Notes under the pieces: generated by a model
Database searches by the model: none
Told to the model about the DNA's origin: nothing
Seen by the model: only the letters and a program-made list of their open reading frames with translations
Part shown: in pieces, positions 11,848 through 26,897 of the stretch
How the letters are laid out: each line of letters begins with the position of its first letter
How positions within the stretch are numbered: the stretch's first letter is position 1
Made by a program: the position numbers and the translations under genes
Assembly (NCBI RefSeq): GCF_009914755.1
Contig: NC_060931.1
DNA length: 64,000 bases
Source: the human T2T-CHM13v2.0 reference genome, Homo sapiens
Direction: 5' to 3' (one strand)

Positions 11848-12729
11848 TAATTCATTTGCTAGAAGTGGATGTTTGACTCTTCATTTCTGGTCTGAAATAC
11901 TGTACCATTCATTTCGACAGAGAATAGAGCAGGTGGATGAAGAAGGGAAGGGGTTTTAGAGAAAAGTAACCGGCTCTAGCTCCTCTGAGTTTCACAGGCA
12001 AGTGGGATACCAAGCAGCATAGAATACGGTAGGGATTGCTTGATATATAAAATCTATAGCTGAAAAGTAAAGGTTTGAGCTGCAAATTGAAGCAAAGGTG
12101 ATTGAAACTGAAGCATACTGAAGCATGACCATGCAGCTGGAAGCCAAAGCCTTTCCAAGCATGTAAGAGTGCTGGGGAGAAACTGGGGAATAAAAGAGCC
12201 AAGGGAAGAGCCCAGTTCAAAGCCGAAGAACAAAGTTAAACAAGCCACCAACATTATAATCTATAGTCAAGGACCCCTACTATAATTGCCAATATAAGTT
12301 TTAAGTGTCAAATACAGATTTTAGAGCACATACATATACAAAAGTAAGCCTACCTTTTACATTAGGATAAGATATACATATAAGAAGAACAAGCAAACTA
12401 AAGACCCATACGCTCTTCTATCTAAAAGCTATGTTTGTAGACAATCTGAAGCCAGCTAGGTGCAGAGTGAATAAAATGTCACAAAAAAGGAACTGTTTAC
12501 TAAGACTTATATTGGTGAAAGTTGCTATAACAACTAACGATTGCCTCATGCTATTCAGGAAATAATGTAAGATGTACCACTTTACACAAGCCTTCTGCAA
12601 ACTTCCACAAGCTTTAGATCTAAAGGCATACACAACTACTAATATATAATGGATCAACAAAATTCAAATGCAGTCAACTTTCTACCTTCTAAAGTAATTT
12701 AGAACACAGGAAATAAGGGAAATCCTAAA

Positions 12730-12905
12730 CCTGTGTTACACAATATGGTAGCAACAAGACAAATTAATTAAAATGGAATAAAATTAAAAATTCAGTCATC
12801 CTCCTTCAAGCACTCAGTAGTCACATATGGCTGGTGGCTATGGCACAGTATGGGCAGTGCAGATATAGAACATTTCTATCACCACAGAAAGTTATATTGG
12901 ACAGT
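12730..12905. mobile_element. MER3-like DNA transposon
   Basis: caatatggtagc...cagtgcagatatagaacatttctatcaccacagaaagtt.tattggacag. Confidence 0.75.
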
Positions 12906-13324
12906 AATGCTGCAGGCTCTAGATGCTGTAGCACTGCTCTAGGCATTTTTTTAAGGAGCATGAGCCTCTTCCAGCATATCACTATTTTTAATAAGTAGTA
13001 AGGTTAGCTGAAAAAGAGTTTAGAACATTTTTTATACAGCTTATTTTAAATACCTTACTGTAAGTTTTAAAATAAGCAGTAAAATGATAAACAGTCAGTA
13101 TATAGCCATTTTAAATTTCACAGATGATTCCAATATCTGATACCCTGCAGCTCAGTAGTTCTCTTTAGTAGAATTCACCTTAGTGATACACACACTCTGT
13201 GGCAATGTCTGCAAACAGCAATATATTGGGATCTAAATGTCTATCAATAGGAAACTTGTTAATAACATTATGATAAAATTATGGCACAACCATACAAAAC
13301 TCTCAAAAAGGATGAGGCAGAAGA

Positions 13325-14930
13325 AACAATTCTAGTCACAATAATAAAGTACATAGAAATAAATTAAACAAAAGAAGTTTAAAACGTACTATGAAAACTG
13401 CAATATCTTGTTGAAATTAAAGACCTAAATAAACAGAAGACATCCCATATTCATGGATTGGAGACTTAATACTGTTTGCCAATATGGGAAAATGCCCCCT
13501 ACAGATTCAACAAAATCCCTATCAAAATCCCAGCCAGCTTCTTTGCTGAATTTGACAAGCCATTCCTAAAACTCATATGGAAATGCAAGGTCCCAGAATA
13601 GTCAAACAATCATGAAAAAGAAAAACACAAAACTGGGGGATTCGCACTTTCCAATTTCAAAACTTACTACAAAGCTATAGTAATCAAGACAATGTCGTAC
13701 TGGCATAAGGATGAAGACCAATGGAACAGAATTGAGGGTCCAGAGATAAAGCCTTGCATTTATAGTCAACTGATTTCCAACTGATTGCCAAGACAATTCA
13801 ATTGGGAAAGAATAGTCTGTTCAACAAATGGGGACGGAACAACCGAATATTCACATGTGAAAGAATAAAGCTAAATTCTTACCTCCCACCATACACAGAA
13901 ACTAACTCATAATGGATCAAAGTCCTAAATATAAGAGCTAAAATTATAAAACTCCTAGGAAAGAGACACAACAATACTAGCCATCAGAAACATGAAAAAA
14001 TCAAAACCACAATGAGATACCACTTCACACCTACTAGGATGGCAATAATCAAAAAGACAGATAACGAGACGTCAGTGACGTACAAAACAAGAGAACCCAC
14101 AAGTATTGATGATGAAAATGGAAAATGGTGCAGCCAGTTTGGACAACAGTCTAGCAGTATCTCAGAAAGTAAAAAAGAGTTATGATGCAGCAATTCCACT
14201 CCTGGCATATACTCTGCAGAAATGAAAACATGTCCACACAAAAACGTGTACATGAACACTCACAGCCACACTTTCTTATAGCCTAAAGTAGAAACCACCC
14301 AAACATCCACTAACTGATGAATGGATAAATTAAAATGTGGTATATCCAATACAACAGACTATTACTCAACAATAAAAAGAAATGAAGTACTCATAGATGC
14401 TACCACATGGATGACCCCTGACAGCATTAAAGTATTATAAATCAAAGCCAGCCACCAAAGACCACATGTATGATTCAATTTGTATAAAATGATTACAATA
14501 GACAAATCTATAGAAACAGAAGGTAGATCAGTAACAGCGTAAGGCTGGAGGGGTACAGAAAATAGGGGTGACTACTCAAGTGTATGAAGTTTTTTGGGGG
14601 GGTGATAAAATAGTTATAAAATTAAGAGGGCTGGGTGCAGCTGCACAAGCTGATTGTCCCAGCTACTGTGCAGGCTGAGATGGGATAATCACTTGAGCTC
14701 AGGAGTTCAAGGCTATAATATGCCACGATCACACCTGTAAATAGCCACTGCACTCCAGCCTGGGCAATAGAGCATGACCCCATCTCTACAAAAAAAAAAA
14801 AAAAAAGTTAAATTATGTGGTTGATGGTTGCACAACTCTGAGTATACTGAAAAACCACTGAATGGTATACTTTAAATGGGTAATTACATGGTGTGCAATT
14901 AATCTTTTAATAAAGTTGTTATGCAAAAAT
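13325..14930 (+). mobile_element. Old L1M 3' portion, interrupted by an Alu monomer at ~14629-14807
   Basis: L1 ORF2 motifs (aatccctatcaaaatcccagc, aaaacttactacaaagctatagtaatcaagaca, accacaatgagataccacttcacacc). Confidence 0.85.
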
Positions 14931-15159
14931 AATGAAACACTTCTACATGTATTAATATGAAAGATATACACACTGATGAATAAAAAGATGCAGAGCACTG
15001 TGTATGCTATGTATCATTTGTTTTACACAGACATCCTAAGCACTGGATGGAGCAACAAGCCAATAATGGTTGTCTCCAGGAAAAGGAACTCAGTGACTGG
15101 TGAGATGAAGGAAAGGAGGTAATTTTTTCAAGATTCTTATCACCCCCCAAAAACTCCTT

Positions 15160-15405
15160 TCAGGAGTTCAAGACCAGTCTGGCCAATATGGTGAAAACTC
15201 ATCTCTATCAAAAAAATACAAGTATTAGCAGGGCATGGTGGCACGCGCCTGTGGTCCCAACTACTCAGGAGGCTGAAGCAGGAGAATCACTTTAACTCGG
15301 GAGGCAGAGGTTGGCAGTGAGCCGAGATCGCACCACTGTACTCCAGCCTGGGCAACAGAATGAGACCCTGTCTCCAAAAAAAAAAAAAAGAGAGAGAGAG
15401 AGAGA
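15160..15405 (+). mobile_element. 5'-truncated AluS with A tail and (GA)n
   Basis: Starts at tcaggagttcaagacc. Confidence 0.9.
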
Positions 15406-18400
15406 CACCACCACAACAACAAAATAACTGTTACAGTCATGGTAAAGTTGCAACTAATTATCCTAGGGCTGGAGAGTCAAGATACAAGCCACAGTCCAAA
15501 TGTACAGCTTTCTGGTAACAAGGCTCTAGGTTAGGCTGAATACCTGTTCCATCACTTACCAATCCATGAGAACTCAAGCCAGTGACCATTTCTCTAGGCT
15601 TCTGATGCACATTAGAGTGTTGTAAATATTAAAAGAGATGACACATAAATCCCCTGCCATGGTAACTGTGTACATGGTAGGCATTCAATAAAGGTTAATC
15701 CTCACCTCCCCACTCTTCTGGTATGTGGTGACAATAAAACTGTTTATTCAGGGTTCCAGCTGTGACCAATAAATACACCTTGATACATTACGCACGATAC
15801 TGCTACAGGCCTTTTGGCATATCTGGAGTTCCTCCCATTCCTCTCTGTTCATCTCTGACTATCCTAACTGCAAAGGTCAACATCGATCCCACCACCTAAC
15901 AACCCTCTGCTTCTAAATCTATGTATTTTATAATCATGATTAGTTAAGAGATTTCTTGAGAAGGTTACAAACAGTTAATTATCACATACTTCTACAAGGC
16001 AATATGACAAAGGCAGTATTTGGTGAGAAAAAAAAAGATTTAAAGTTGAACATAAAAAGTGACTTACCTAATTAAGCGGAATAGAAATTCAAAACATACA
16101 GTGGTGCTGAGACTAGCACCCATGAAACCAAATACTATAAATTATTCTCTCTTGCATTCACAGAAGACACAGAAGACACTGTGCCATACAGCACAACTGT
16201 ATCTGACAAATGAAGACTGTCCTGAAATGTATCAAATCCATATACCTGACAGAGCAGGACTAAAGCCCCACCAGTGGAAGCATCCCACCAATGCAGACTG
16301 ATACTCTCAGAACTGATTTTCTCCTTCCCTTGTGTCATGAATCTTGTGATTCTAACCCACAGTTCCAAATTCTGCAGGATTATCCCAAGTATAGAGAATA
16401 TTCCTTATTTACTTGTTCAAGAAATACTTACAAAGCTCAAACTATTTTACTGCTAAAATGAGAAAAAAATGAGTCTTTTCTCATGGTACCAGGAATCTAA
16501 CAGATAGATCAGATAGAAATAAAAATTAGAGCATAAAACAAGGCAGAACGTAGCTTGATAACATTACTTCTTTAATTAACTCAAGGCATATTCAATGTAT
16601 CCAATTTCCAGTCTCCTGTATAATTCCCAGGGGATACAATAGCAAAAACAAAACATGTGGAAAGGTATACATGTTCTCTCCAGCTGGCTGAGTGCCTAAA
16701 AATTCTCAAAGAAAGGAGAGAAAATTGAAGAGGCCTATGACGAAGAAAAAGGTGTCAATAGATCTAGCTAGGAAAGGGCGTTCTAGGCAGGAGGACATGA
16801 TGGCCTGAGCAGGAGAAGGTATGGCAGCAAGAAAGGGCTCATCCACTTCTGCCGGCACACAAGGTACCCAAAGGAGAATATTGGCAGAAGTGCTAGAGAA
16901 AGGTTGAGACCAGATTTTGACACCCTGGGGTGAAGAATTTGAAGTTAATTTGCTAGGAAATAAAATGCTACACAAAGTTAAATCTATTTCTTTCGGAAGC
17001 TATAACACAATAGTTCTCAAATAGAACTATACAGCACAAACAAGTGGAAGTTTTTCAAAATGCAAAAGTGAGAATCAAGAGATTCTTCTGACTCAGTAGG
17101 TCAGGAATGTAGCCTGGGAGCATGTCACCAGGTGACTGATACACACCCATGGTTAAGAATCAATGCTCCAAGGAATCATTACCATCTCTAACGGGTGTCA
17201 ACTGGCAATGCACTAACGTGAGTTTATGGTCCAAACACAAGTAAGGAAAGTAGATACAAATAGACGTAGGTAAAGAAAGGCAGATAGAAATAAGAATTTG
17301 TAATGGTCCAAAAGGTTTAATGAAAAGGACCTCCACTTATAATAAATGATGTTTCCTAAGAAGTTACTGCATGAATCAGTTTTCAATCACCTACTACAAG
17401 TGAAGTAAAACTAATTTTTAGTGAATTCTATTAAAATATAAATAATCATACCACAATGTATTTAGAGTTCCAACTCAGAAAAGCATGCCTAAGGGAGTTA
17501 TAATTTAAGCATGACTGGGGACTGAGTGACACCTTAAATATGACTGATAAATCCTATTCATTTTTCTTTTCTCCTTCGTAGTTGAAAAGAAAAAGAAGAA
17601 AACCCCAAAGAACAAATAAAAGAAAAAAAATCAAGGAACAAGAAATTCAACAATTTTTTTTAAAAAAATAATGAGAATAGAGAAGAGATGACAACTAGAA
17701 AGAACATAAGCAGCTATAAGCAAAAGTGGCCGCAGAAATAGATACTGACCAGAAAACAGTCCACCCTGGGACCACAAGAGCTTCAGCACTACAACCAGGG
17801 GCGGGGGAGACATTCTGGGGGATGATGCTGGAGACACATAGCTTCGTTGGATGGAGTGGTCGGCGCATACTTCCCACACTCCCACACCTCCAGTGTAACC
17901 AGATCACAATCTTTTCCAAGGCAGAAGACGGAACATTTTGGAGACACTAGGCACAAGGATATATAGTACTGGGCTAAGAAACAGTCTTTATGATGAACAG
18001 TTAGAATCAGACCAGGATCTTAGTCTCCTTACTCCACTCTGCTCCCAGAACATATCCCCGGCTCATGTCTACGCCCTGGACAGGAATACGGAGACTTCTT
18101 CACTGGAGAAACTAAATAGCCCCACTCAGGCCAGGCCTATGTATCATTATAACAGAATTACTTTTTTCACCCTTCCCTTTAAAACTAATGATCTTCAAGA
18201 AGACTTATGTTTTACTCACTAGGTTCTGCTCCTATATGCAAGATCCTTTCAGGCTTTTAAGTGCTAGAAGCCACTCCCTGTTTACTAAGTATGACGTTAG
18301 CTATGTGCCTAAGAACAGACTGAGCCTTAGTCCCTACGTACTTAGTAGAGCTCCTTACTTAGACATTAAATAACAGATGTTGAATGAAAAATCACAAGTG

Positions 18401-18976
18401 AAAAAGTATATGCCTAATGCTTGGTAAACTATTTAAGCCTACAATCTAATACTCTGATTTCATAATCTGACAGTGATCATAAACTTTTAAAATGTTACTC
18501 AAATTTGCAGTATTTAAGAGTAATATTTCCTACTCATTTATTTTCCCAAAATATGTAGGTACCGTGTGAAAGCACACAAAATTCTGTTTATTTAGTGGAG
18601 ATAATGTTTCTATGTATTAGGAGTTCATGAGTAAAGAATCTTGCTAATGACTCAGCCACAAACTGGTGGCAAGAACAGGCAAAAATTCCTAACCAGTGTA
18701 CACCTGACTTAGAGCCATGTAAGCCAAATAGCCTATTCATCACTACTTAGTAGGGAGAAGTTTAAGAACTCAAATAGTATCTGACTTAATCATAAAAAAT
18801 GAAATACGGTTTAATCAAGTGATTAATGTTTTTAAAATAAGCAGGCAAAAAACTAAACATAGGGAAAAATAATGCAGTTTAAATGTGGCTATAAAATAAA
18901 TACTTTATATACAGAATAAGTAGTTTTGTTTTTCCTAATTCTTAGATCCACTTACGATTTTAACAGTCTAGCTTGT

Positions 18977-19273
<297 letters not shown>

Positions 19274-19835
19274 TCAAAAACTCAAATTTAAATTGTAAAA
19301 GAACTAACATTAAGAAAAAAAGTCTAGCTTGTCATACTTAGCTAAAACAAAGTCTTTCAATCATTTATTAGTATATGAAACAAACCACCAAAAGAATCTA
19401 AAACTAGCATACCATTTACCACTCCAGTTGAATGTCACTATATTGTTTTCACTAAGACTCACTTTAACCATTTTTTTTTTCCATCAAGACATCCAGACCC
19501 CCAGCCCTGATTTGATGTCATCCCAGGATGTGTCTCATTTGTTTCAGAAGCCATCTTGAATTGTTTAAAATGTTTTAAAGGTTTCCCTTTACAATAGTCT
19601 AATCCTTTCAAAAAGTGGGGTCAGGGGCAGGAAGAGCTATACAATAATTTTTTGGTACTGGAGGTAAATAAGAGTAGAAAATGAAAAAATAAATTATAAA
19701 TCATTACTTCAAAAAATATTAGCAGTATTTATTTGGCAGAATCAGAAAATAAAGTTCATGTGAGCTAACTGGTCTAATAAAAAGGTTTACTAAACCCACA
19801 CACCAGTTTTCGACAAAAATCTCTAAAACATATTA

Positions 19836-19929
19836 CGGATATTCCTCAACTCACGATGAGGAATATCCAAAACACCCTTCATAAAGTTGAAAAATCCTAA
19901 GTCAAGTCATTATGAGGGACTTGTATCTG
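19836..19929. mobile_element. MER47/Tigger5-like internally deleted element
   Basis: c.gat..tcctc.act.acgatg...aagttgaaaaatc.taagtc. Confidence 0.55.
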
Positions 19930-22900
19930 CTGTTGCCATTATACGCTTGTCTTTACTAACTAAATAATATTTCACTCCTGTCACTAGAATTTGAAAAGTA
20001 CAGAGTAGTAGTTAAAGGCATAGTCTTAAAAGTTGAGAGCTTGGTTTAAGTTCCAGCTCCATCAGTTATAAACCCTGTGGCTTTGAGCGAGTGATACCCA
20101 CTTTTCTCACCAATCTTATTCTTTCTCCAGCTACAACAGTCCTCATGCCCTTCTTGAATCCAGACAAGAATCTACACTGCCTGATGATCTGGTTTACGAA
20201 AGCCTGTACATTTTTTCTGGGATTTCAAACCAATATCACACCAACGCCAAATGCTACTTTGGCCCCAACCATACCTATTTGCCAAGGTCAGCATCACGGA
20301 GCATTCTGTCACTACTGCCTCAATTTCCATCCCTGAAACAAGATGCTGCTTTTTTCTGTGGTGTCTCCCTTATATAACCCCCTGTCCACAACAGTCCTAA
20401 CCATATCCTTTGCCATCTATCTGTGGCGCCACATCCCTCTCCCCACTCAACCCATCTTCCTTTTTAACAGAGCCAACTTTCCAAAATTAACATACAACTG
20501 GTGATTTTTCTGCTTGAAAAGTAGTATTTATTTTTCTTCGGATTACCAAAATAATATTTGTTCATTATCTGTAAATCACAGGGCTATAAACAAACTAATT
20601 CTTTACAGCCCTAGTATCCACAGATAAACCAAAATAACTCCATTTATTTCCTCTCAATTTTTACCCAGATATAATTTGAGATCCCTCTTTTCATAAACAT
20701 CTTCTCCTATCATTAAAAACACTGTAAAATATCACTTTAGCAGGCACTTCATCATACACGTCTACCAAAACTACTGAACCATTCCTTTGTTTCCAGTCTT
20801 GGGAAGATTGTATATACTGTGAAAAACATCTTTAATCATGCATCTTTGTCTATACCTTACCAATTAAATTGTTAGGGCACAGTACCAGAAGTAAAACTGC
20901 CAGATCAAAGATTATACACATTTTAAAACCAAACATAATGCCAAACTGCTTTGCAAAATTCTGTGTAGCACTCTAAACACCAGGAAGAATCTTTATTGGC
21001 AGTTAAACTGCTTCTGATGCCCTTGCACAGACTTTAATAGAGAGACATCGTACCAACAAAAGAATTGTTCCTCACAATAACTTGTAACTTAATATTAACA
21101 AGTAACATTCCTTTTTAGGAAAATATTAAAAGCACTAAAATCAAAGGCTTAAAACTTAAAATCTGAAGTAAAATTTAACCAAACAATAACTGAAGACAAT
21201 AGTCTAACAATTTAAGCATTTTAAGCAGAAAATAGTTTTTTAACCATAAAATCATTAGTAAGTTTGAAACTTCTATTTTTGCCTACTTTAGTATCTACTC
21301 TGAGCAGTGCTAACTCTTTAAATACTATAATGCCAAAGCATTCCTTAAAAGTTTTCCATCATTAGTTACATTTTTGAGAAAGATCAATCTGGTATAAATA
21401 TAGAAATTCAATCCATAATAACATTAGTTTTAAAACATAATTCAGAAAGATTTACACTTATGGCAAATATAACCACACCAGCCATTTACTATAAAGTTCT
21501 GTGTTTGTTTCATCATGAAGAAGAATGATATGGCCTCTGACCTCATGGAGTCGTCTGTGGAACGACAGTGGAATTAGCAGAGAAATTTATAATTTTACTG
21601 ATGAAAAAAAAACAGCTAAACTCTAGTATGTGGTAAGAATCAGGCATTATCTATTTGCTTTCACATTTATTCAAATACATTCTTTTAAGTTTTAATTTTC
21701 TTAAAGGCACAAATGACACAGAAAAAACTTTCCTACTGAGACAATTACTCTTTGTGAAAAATAAGAGGTAGGCTGAAGTGGCCCAGCTGACCACTGAGCG
21801 CATACAGTCCAGGGCCTCAGCCCAGGGCCCCAGTCGAGGAACGGCATGTTGGGACCACAAGATCTCACAACCTCCATTTGTCCAGACCGGGCTCAAGCGC
21901 AATAAATCCAAAAAACATCTGTCATCTCTTCAGCTGAAAAAAGCTCAACTGCAACTATTCTTTGTCACTGCCTTCCAGATCCTTTTCCTAATGTGAGCAA
22001 ACCTGAAAAGGCCTCCAAAGAGGCTCCTAATAGGCTGACCAGAAAGTCACAGAATCTGTTTCCACATTTTAATAACCCAGACAGAACACGGAGTTGAAGG
22101 CTGTTTCTTTGCACTTTGTCCCTGACATACATACCTCCCTGCCCAAGTGTCAAAAAATTAAATGTCTCCCATCTCAGCTCAACCTTGTGTCTTCTACCCT
22201 ATAAAAAGCCATTCTTCCTTATTTTAGCCAGATTCTACTTTTCTTTCAACAATCATCTCAAACCTTATTGACTCCCTGTGAATTGTCTATGTCCCCCACA
22301 GATCTCAACTATAGCACCTCCCGGGGTTCCTCTTGTATTTTAATTAACCACATACATGTTTTCCTCTGCCACTAGAGATGAAGCACTTGCAGGGTTTAGC
22401 TAAAATTTCCACATACATCTCTCTCCTTGCACACACATACAAGAGTTTCTTGAAGCTAATTTTTGTCAAGCTATACTCAGAAAGCAATGAAATCAATACA
22501 CAGCTTTTTTAAAAAATGAAATAAAAGTATAAAATACCTAAGTGTGCTTCATGCGGTAAAAGTATTGTTTCTTGAGACATATTTCAGTTGTGTGTGAACA
22601 GATCTGTATATGCCTCGAGTTACACAAAATAACATATAAAAAATATTGCTCAAGGGTCTTAAGGAGCAGGCTATGCATATCTTCAAATATGCAAATTTAG
22701 ATATATATTCCCCACCTGGAATTTTTGATTAAATTCTGAAACAGAGCTCTAGTTTTAGTTTATTTCATATGGATAACCAATTGTTCCAGCAATTATTTAT
22801 TTTAGATTGAGTTACACACATATGCTGAATTTACAGATTTTTAAACGACATCTGTACCATATTAAGCAGCCCCATTCTATATTTTTAAATATTTATATTT

Positions 22901-23047
22901 TATGAGTCTATATATTCATTCAAAAGTGATTTTATGCCCTTTAATAATATTTTGTAATTTTTTTCATAAAGGTCATACAATAAGACTTTTGTTAGAGTTA
23001 CTGTTAGGAATTCAGAATCTGTAACCTTTACTCAAAAATAATTTTAA

Positions 23048-23359
<312 letters not shown>

Positions 23360-23764
23360 TTAATTATCCAGTAAATACATCTCTTATTTATCATTTGGTT
23401 AATGTTGGCTCAAGTTTCAGTTTCCCCTCATCTTCCATTTTAAAACACTTAGAATTCTAAATTAAACTCCAAACTGTCAGTTAAAATACATCATGAAATT
23501 CATTCCTATTTTCTTTCATGAATTTAGTACATTCAGTTAGTATTCAAAGTGAACAAAACATTCCCCTTGACCCCAAAATGAATTTGTTTGCTGAAGTTAA
23601 ACTTCTCATGATAAAAAGCCCCAATCTTAAAACACACGAGCTAAAACATAAAAAAGACGTTAAAATATTAAATCGAAAACTTCCCTTTCCTTACTGAGCT
23701 TTCATTAATCAGGTTAATAATAGTTAAATTTACCTAGAAGACTGCCACCATCAAAAAACTGTAA

Positions 23765-23930
23765 GCCAGGCGCAGTGGCACATGACTGCAGTCACAGCTA
23801 CTTGGAAGGCTGAGGTGGGAGGATCACTTGAGCCCAGGAGGTTTAGATCACTTGAGTCTAGCCTAGGCTTTTTTTAGAGACCCCCATCTCTCTCTTTAAA
23901 ACAAACAAACAAACAAAAACAAAAAACAAA
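23765..23930 (+). mobile_element. FLAM/AluJ monomer
   Basis: Single arm with (CAAA)n tail. Confidence 0.8.
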
Positions 23931-24547
23931 ACACCACTGTCAATAAAATCTGACTTGCTTTTCTGCCTATAAAGGCTGTAGCTTCTTAAGATCTATTTTA
24001 TTTAAGGCTAGCAACTATCCTCTTTCAATATGTATTGGGAGAATCATTATGGTTCTTAACGCTAGAGCAAGCTGCAGTGAGCTGCCAACCAGCAGATCGT
24101 CTGCCTTAGTAACTTCCTATTTATGACTCATACATGAAACCAGTAGTTTCTCCCTCCATGTCCTGAATGAAGTATGGCAGAGCTCCCAAATCATTAGCCA
24201 GCCTCTCCAACAGAGGATGGCCACCATACTCCCAACAAAACCACTTTTAAGTATGACACATATCCTATATTTTTAGTCAGATCATCCAAAACCTTCTAAA
24301 TTTGGTGAAAATCTACCTAGTCATTTTTCACATTGCAATTACAGACACAGAGATACAATTTTAATTGTATTTATAAAGTTTAATAGGCTGTTTCTAAAAA
24401 ACAAGCATTCTTAAGACTGTAGAGAAAATAGTAAATAAATTCAGTAATTTTTTTCCCAAAATATCTTGTGCTTTTCCTTATAAATGTCTTACAACTAAAC
24501 TTACACTTAAAAAAAAAAAGTAAAAGTGGGTTATTGGGGTTCTAGAC

Positions 24548-24720
24548 TTCTGCTGTCCTATAAGGTAGCCAGACACATGTGGCTATTTAAAGTAAAAATA
24601 AGCAAACAAAGATTCAGCACATCAGTCTTACTAGCCACATTTCAACTGCTCAACAGCCACATGCGGGGGTTAGCAGACTGGACAGAAAAATCACAGAAAG
24701 TTCTACTGAACAATGCTGCT
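24548..24720. mobile_element. MER3-like DNA transposon
   Basis: tgctgtcc.ata.ggtagcc...cacatgtggctatttaa...ctagccacatttcaa. Confidence 0.7.
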
Positions 24721-25007
24721 TAGAGTTTAAAAGCTGTAAACTGTGCTAATAAAATTATCTTTAAAATGTAGCTTGTTACTACCAAGTAAGAAGTTCTGTT
24801 AAGTCTAGGAACCTAAAGACTTCCAAAATATATTAATAATCATGTCAAAATATTAGATCTATTTTTTCAATAAAAGAAACATAAAATAATATTTGTCTAT
24901 GAAACATTTAGTGATCATATTCTTCCCAATAAACAAAATGGAAGATATATTTTGCTTGATTTTTTTTTTTAAAAAACGCACTATATATGTGCTCAAGAAA
25001 GAAATAA

Positions 25008-25299
25008 TTTTTTTTTTAACAGAGTCTCACTCACTCTATCACCTAGGTTGGAGTGCAGTGGCACAAATTCAGCTCACCAAAACCTCCACCTCCAGGGTTC
25101 AAGTGAATTCTCCTGCCTCAGCCTCTCGAGTAGCTGGGATTACAGGTGCGCGCCACCATACCTGGCTAACTTTAGTATTTTTAGTAGAGTTGGGGTTTCA
25201 CCACGTTGGCCAGGCTGGTCTTAGAACTCCTGACCTCAGGTGATCTGCCCACCTCAGCTTCCCAAAGTGCTGGAAAGGTATGAGCCACCATGCCGGGCC
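25008..25299 (-). mobile_element. AluS element
   Basis: Reverse-complement dimer. Confidence 0.92.
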
Positions 25300-25435
25300 A
25301 AAATTCATGTTTTAAGAAGATATCCAAGCCACGCATACCAAAGACCTCCCCTTTAAAAGAAGGCCTTTTTTCAAGTGCAGGATTAAAACAAAAGAATATA
25401 CTTTCAGACTTAAGGATAAGACAGTGTAGATCTCT

Positions 25436-25660
25436 GGCCAGGCACGATGGCTCATACCTGTAATCCTGGGAGGCCAAGGTGGGTGGATCACTTGAGGCCA
25501 GGGTTAAAGACCAGCCATGGCCAATATGGAGAAACCCCATCTCTACTAAAAATAGAAAAATTAGCCAGGCTTGAACCTCGGAGGCAGAGGTTGCTGTAAG
25601 CCGAGATCACACAACTGCACTCCAGCCTGGGTGACAGAGCAAGACTCTGTCTCCAAAAAT
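25436..25660 (+). mobile_element. Alu with internal deletions
   Basis: Alu dimer lacking parts of both arms. Confidence 0.88.
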
Positions 25661-25834
25661 TCCAAATAAAGAGAGAGCGAGCAGTGATTTCTGTCATCTG
25701 CTCAGCAGCAAATCGTTTCTCATTGCTGGCACCCTCTAGCGCTTGTGTGTCACCAGATTACTGGAAACATTTTAGCAGAGAGAATGGGGACCATAAAACA
25801 CTGCTTGGTCCTTCTCTCCCTAAAAGTTAATTCT

Positions 25835-26635
25835 CAAACCAAGTAACAAAGCAAAGAACTCTTAACTCAGTAATAAAAAAAGACAAAAGACACAATTTTT
25901 AAAAAACTTTTTCCATAAGTTATTGGGGTACAGGTAGTATATGGTTACATGAGTAAGTTCGTTAGTGGTGATCTGTGAGATCCTAATGCATCCATCACCC
26001 AAGCAGTATATGTTGCACCATATATGTTATCTTTTATCCCTTGCCCCCTTTCCACTCTTCCCCTAAGTCCCCAAAGTCCGTTGCATCATTCTTATGTCTT
26101 TGTGAAAAGACACAATTTAAAAAAGCAAAGGATCTGAATAGATGTTCCTCCAAAAAAGACATACAAGTAGCCAAAAAGCACATGACAAGATGGCTCAACA
26201 TCATTAGCCATCAGAGAAATGCAAATCCAAACTACAATGAAATACCACTTCATGTCCAGTAGGATAACTACAAGTAAAAGGATGCTAACAAGTGTTGGTG
26301 AGGATCCTGGGAAATTAAAAATCTCTTACACTGCAGGTAGGAATGTAAAACGACTCTGCTGTTTTGTAAAACATTCTGGCAGTTCTACAAAATTTCAAAC
26401 ATATAAGTTATCATACGACCCAGCAATCTCACTTCTAGGTATTTATCCAGTAGATATAAAAACATATATTCACTCAAAAACATGTACATGAATGTTCAGT
26501 CACAATATTCAGAACATCCAAAAAGTAAAAACAATCCAAATGTTTATCAACTGATGAACAGATAAACCAAATGTAGTGTATCCACAAAACAGAGTATCAT
26601 TCAGCAAAAAAAAAAAAAAAAAAAGTAACTAACAA
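25835..26635 (+). mobile_element. Old L1M fragment
   Basis: aacatcattagccatcagagaaatgcaaatc, catacgacccagcaatctcacttctaggtattta. Confidence 0.8.
25899..26104 (-). mobile_element. L1PB-like 3' end nested in the L1M
   Basis: ttccataagttattggggtacaggt...; 14-bp TSD aaaagacacaattt at 25885-25898 and 26105-26118. Confidence 0.85.
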
Positions 26636-26756
26636 CGATAAGACTCCAAATAATGGATCAGTAATCCAATTTTTATTACTTTACTATTTCTAGCCTACTA
26701 TTTAGAAAAGGAAGATTTTAATAACAAATATAAATGGTGAAAACCAATATCCTAAT

Positions 26757-26897
26757 TTCTTTTTTTCTGAGACGAGGTCTCACTCTGTTGCCCAGACTGG
26801 ATTGCAGTGATGCAATCTTGGCTCACTGCAACCTCCATCTCTTGGGCTCAGCCTCCCAAAGTGCTGGGATTAGAGATGTGGGCCATGGCACCCAGCC
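26757..26897 (-). mobile_element. Alu collapsed to one hybrid left/right arm
   Basis: Right-arm 3' part joined to left-arm 5' part at ctcagcctcc. TSD aat(a/c)tcctaatttc. Confidence 0.85.

Noticed and set aside
15653-15666. Second X-box-like motif cctgccatggtaac
   Set aside because: Weaker match, lying in MIR-like degenerate sequence with no supporting motifs.
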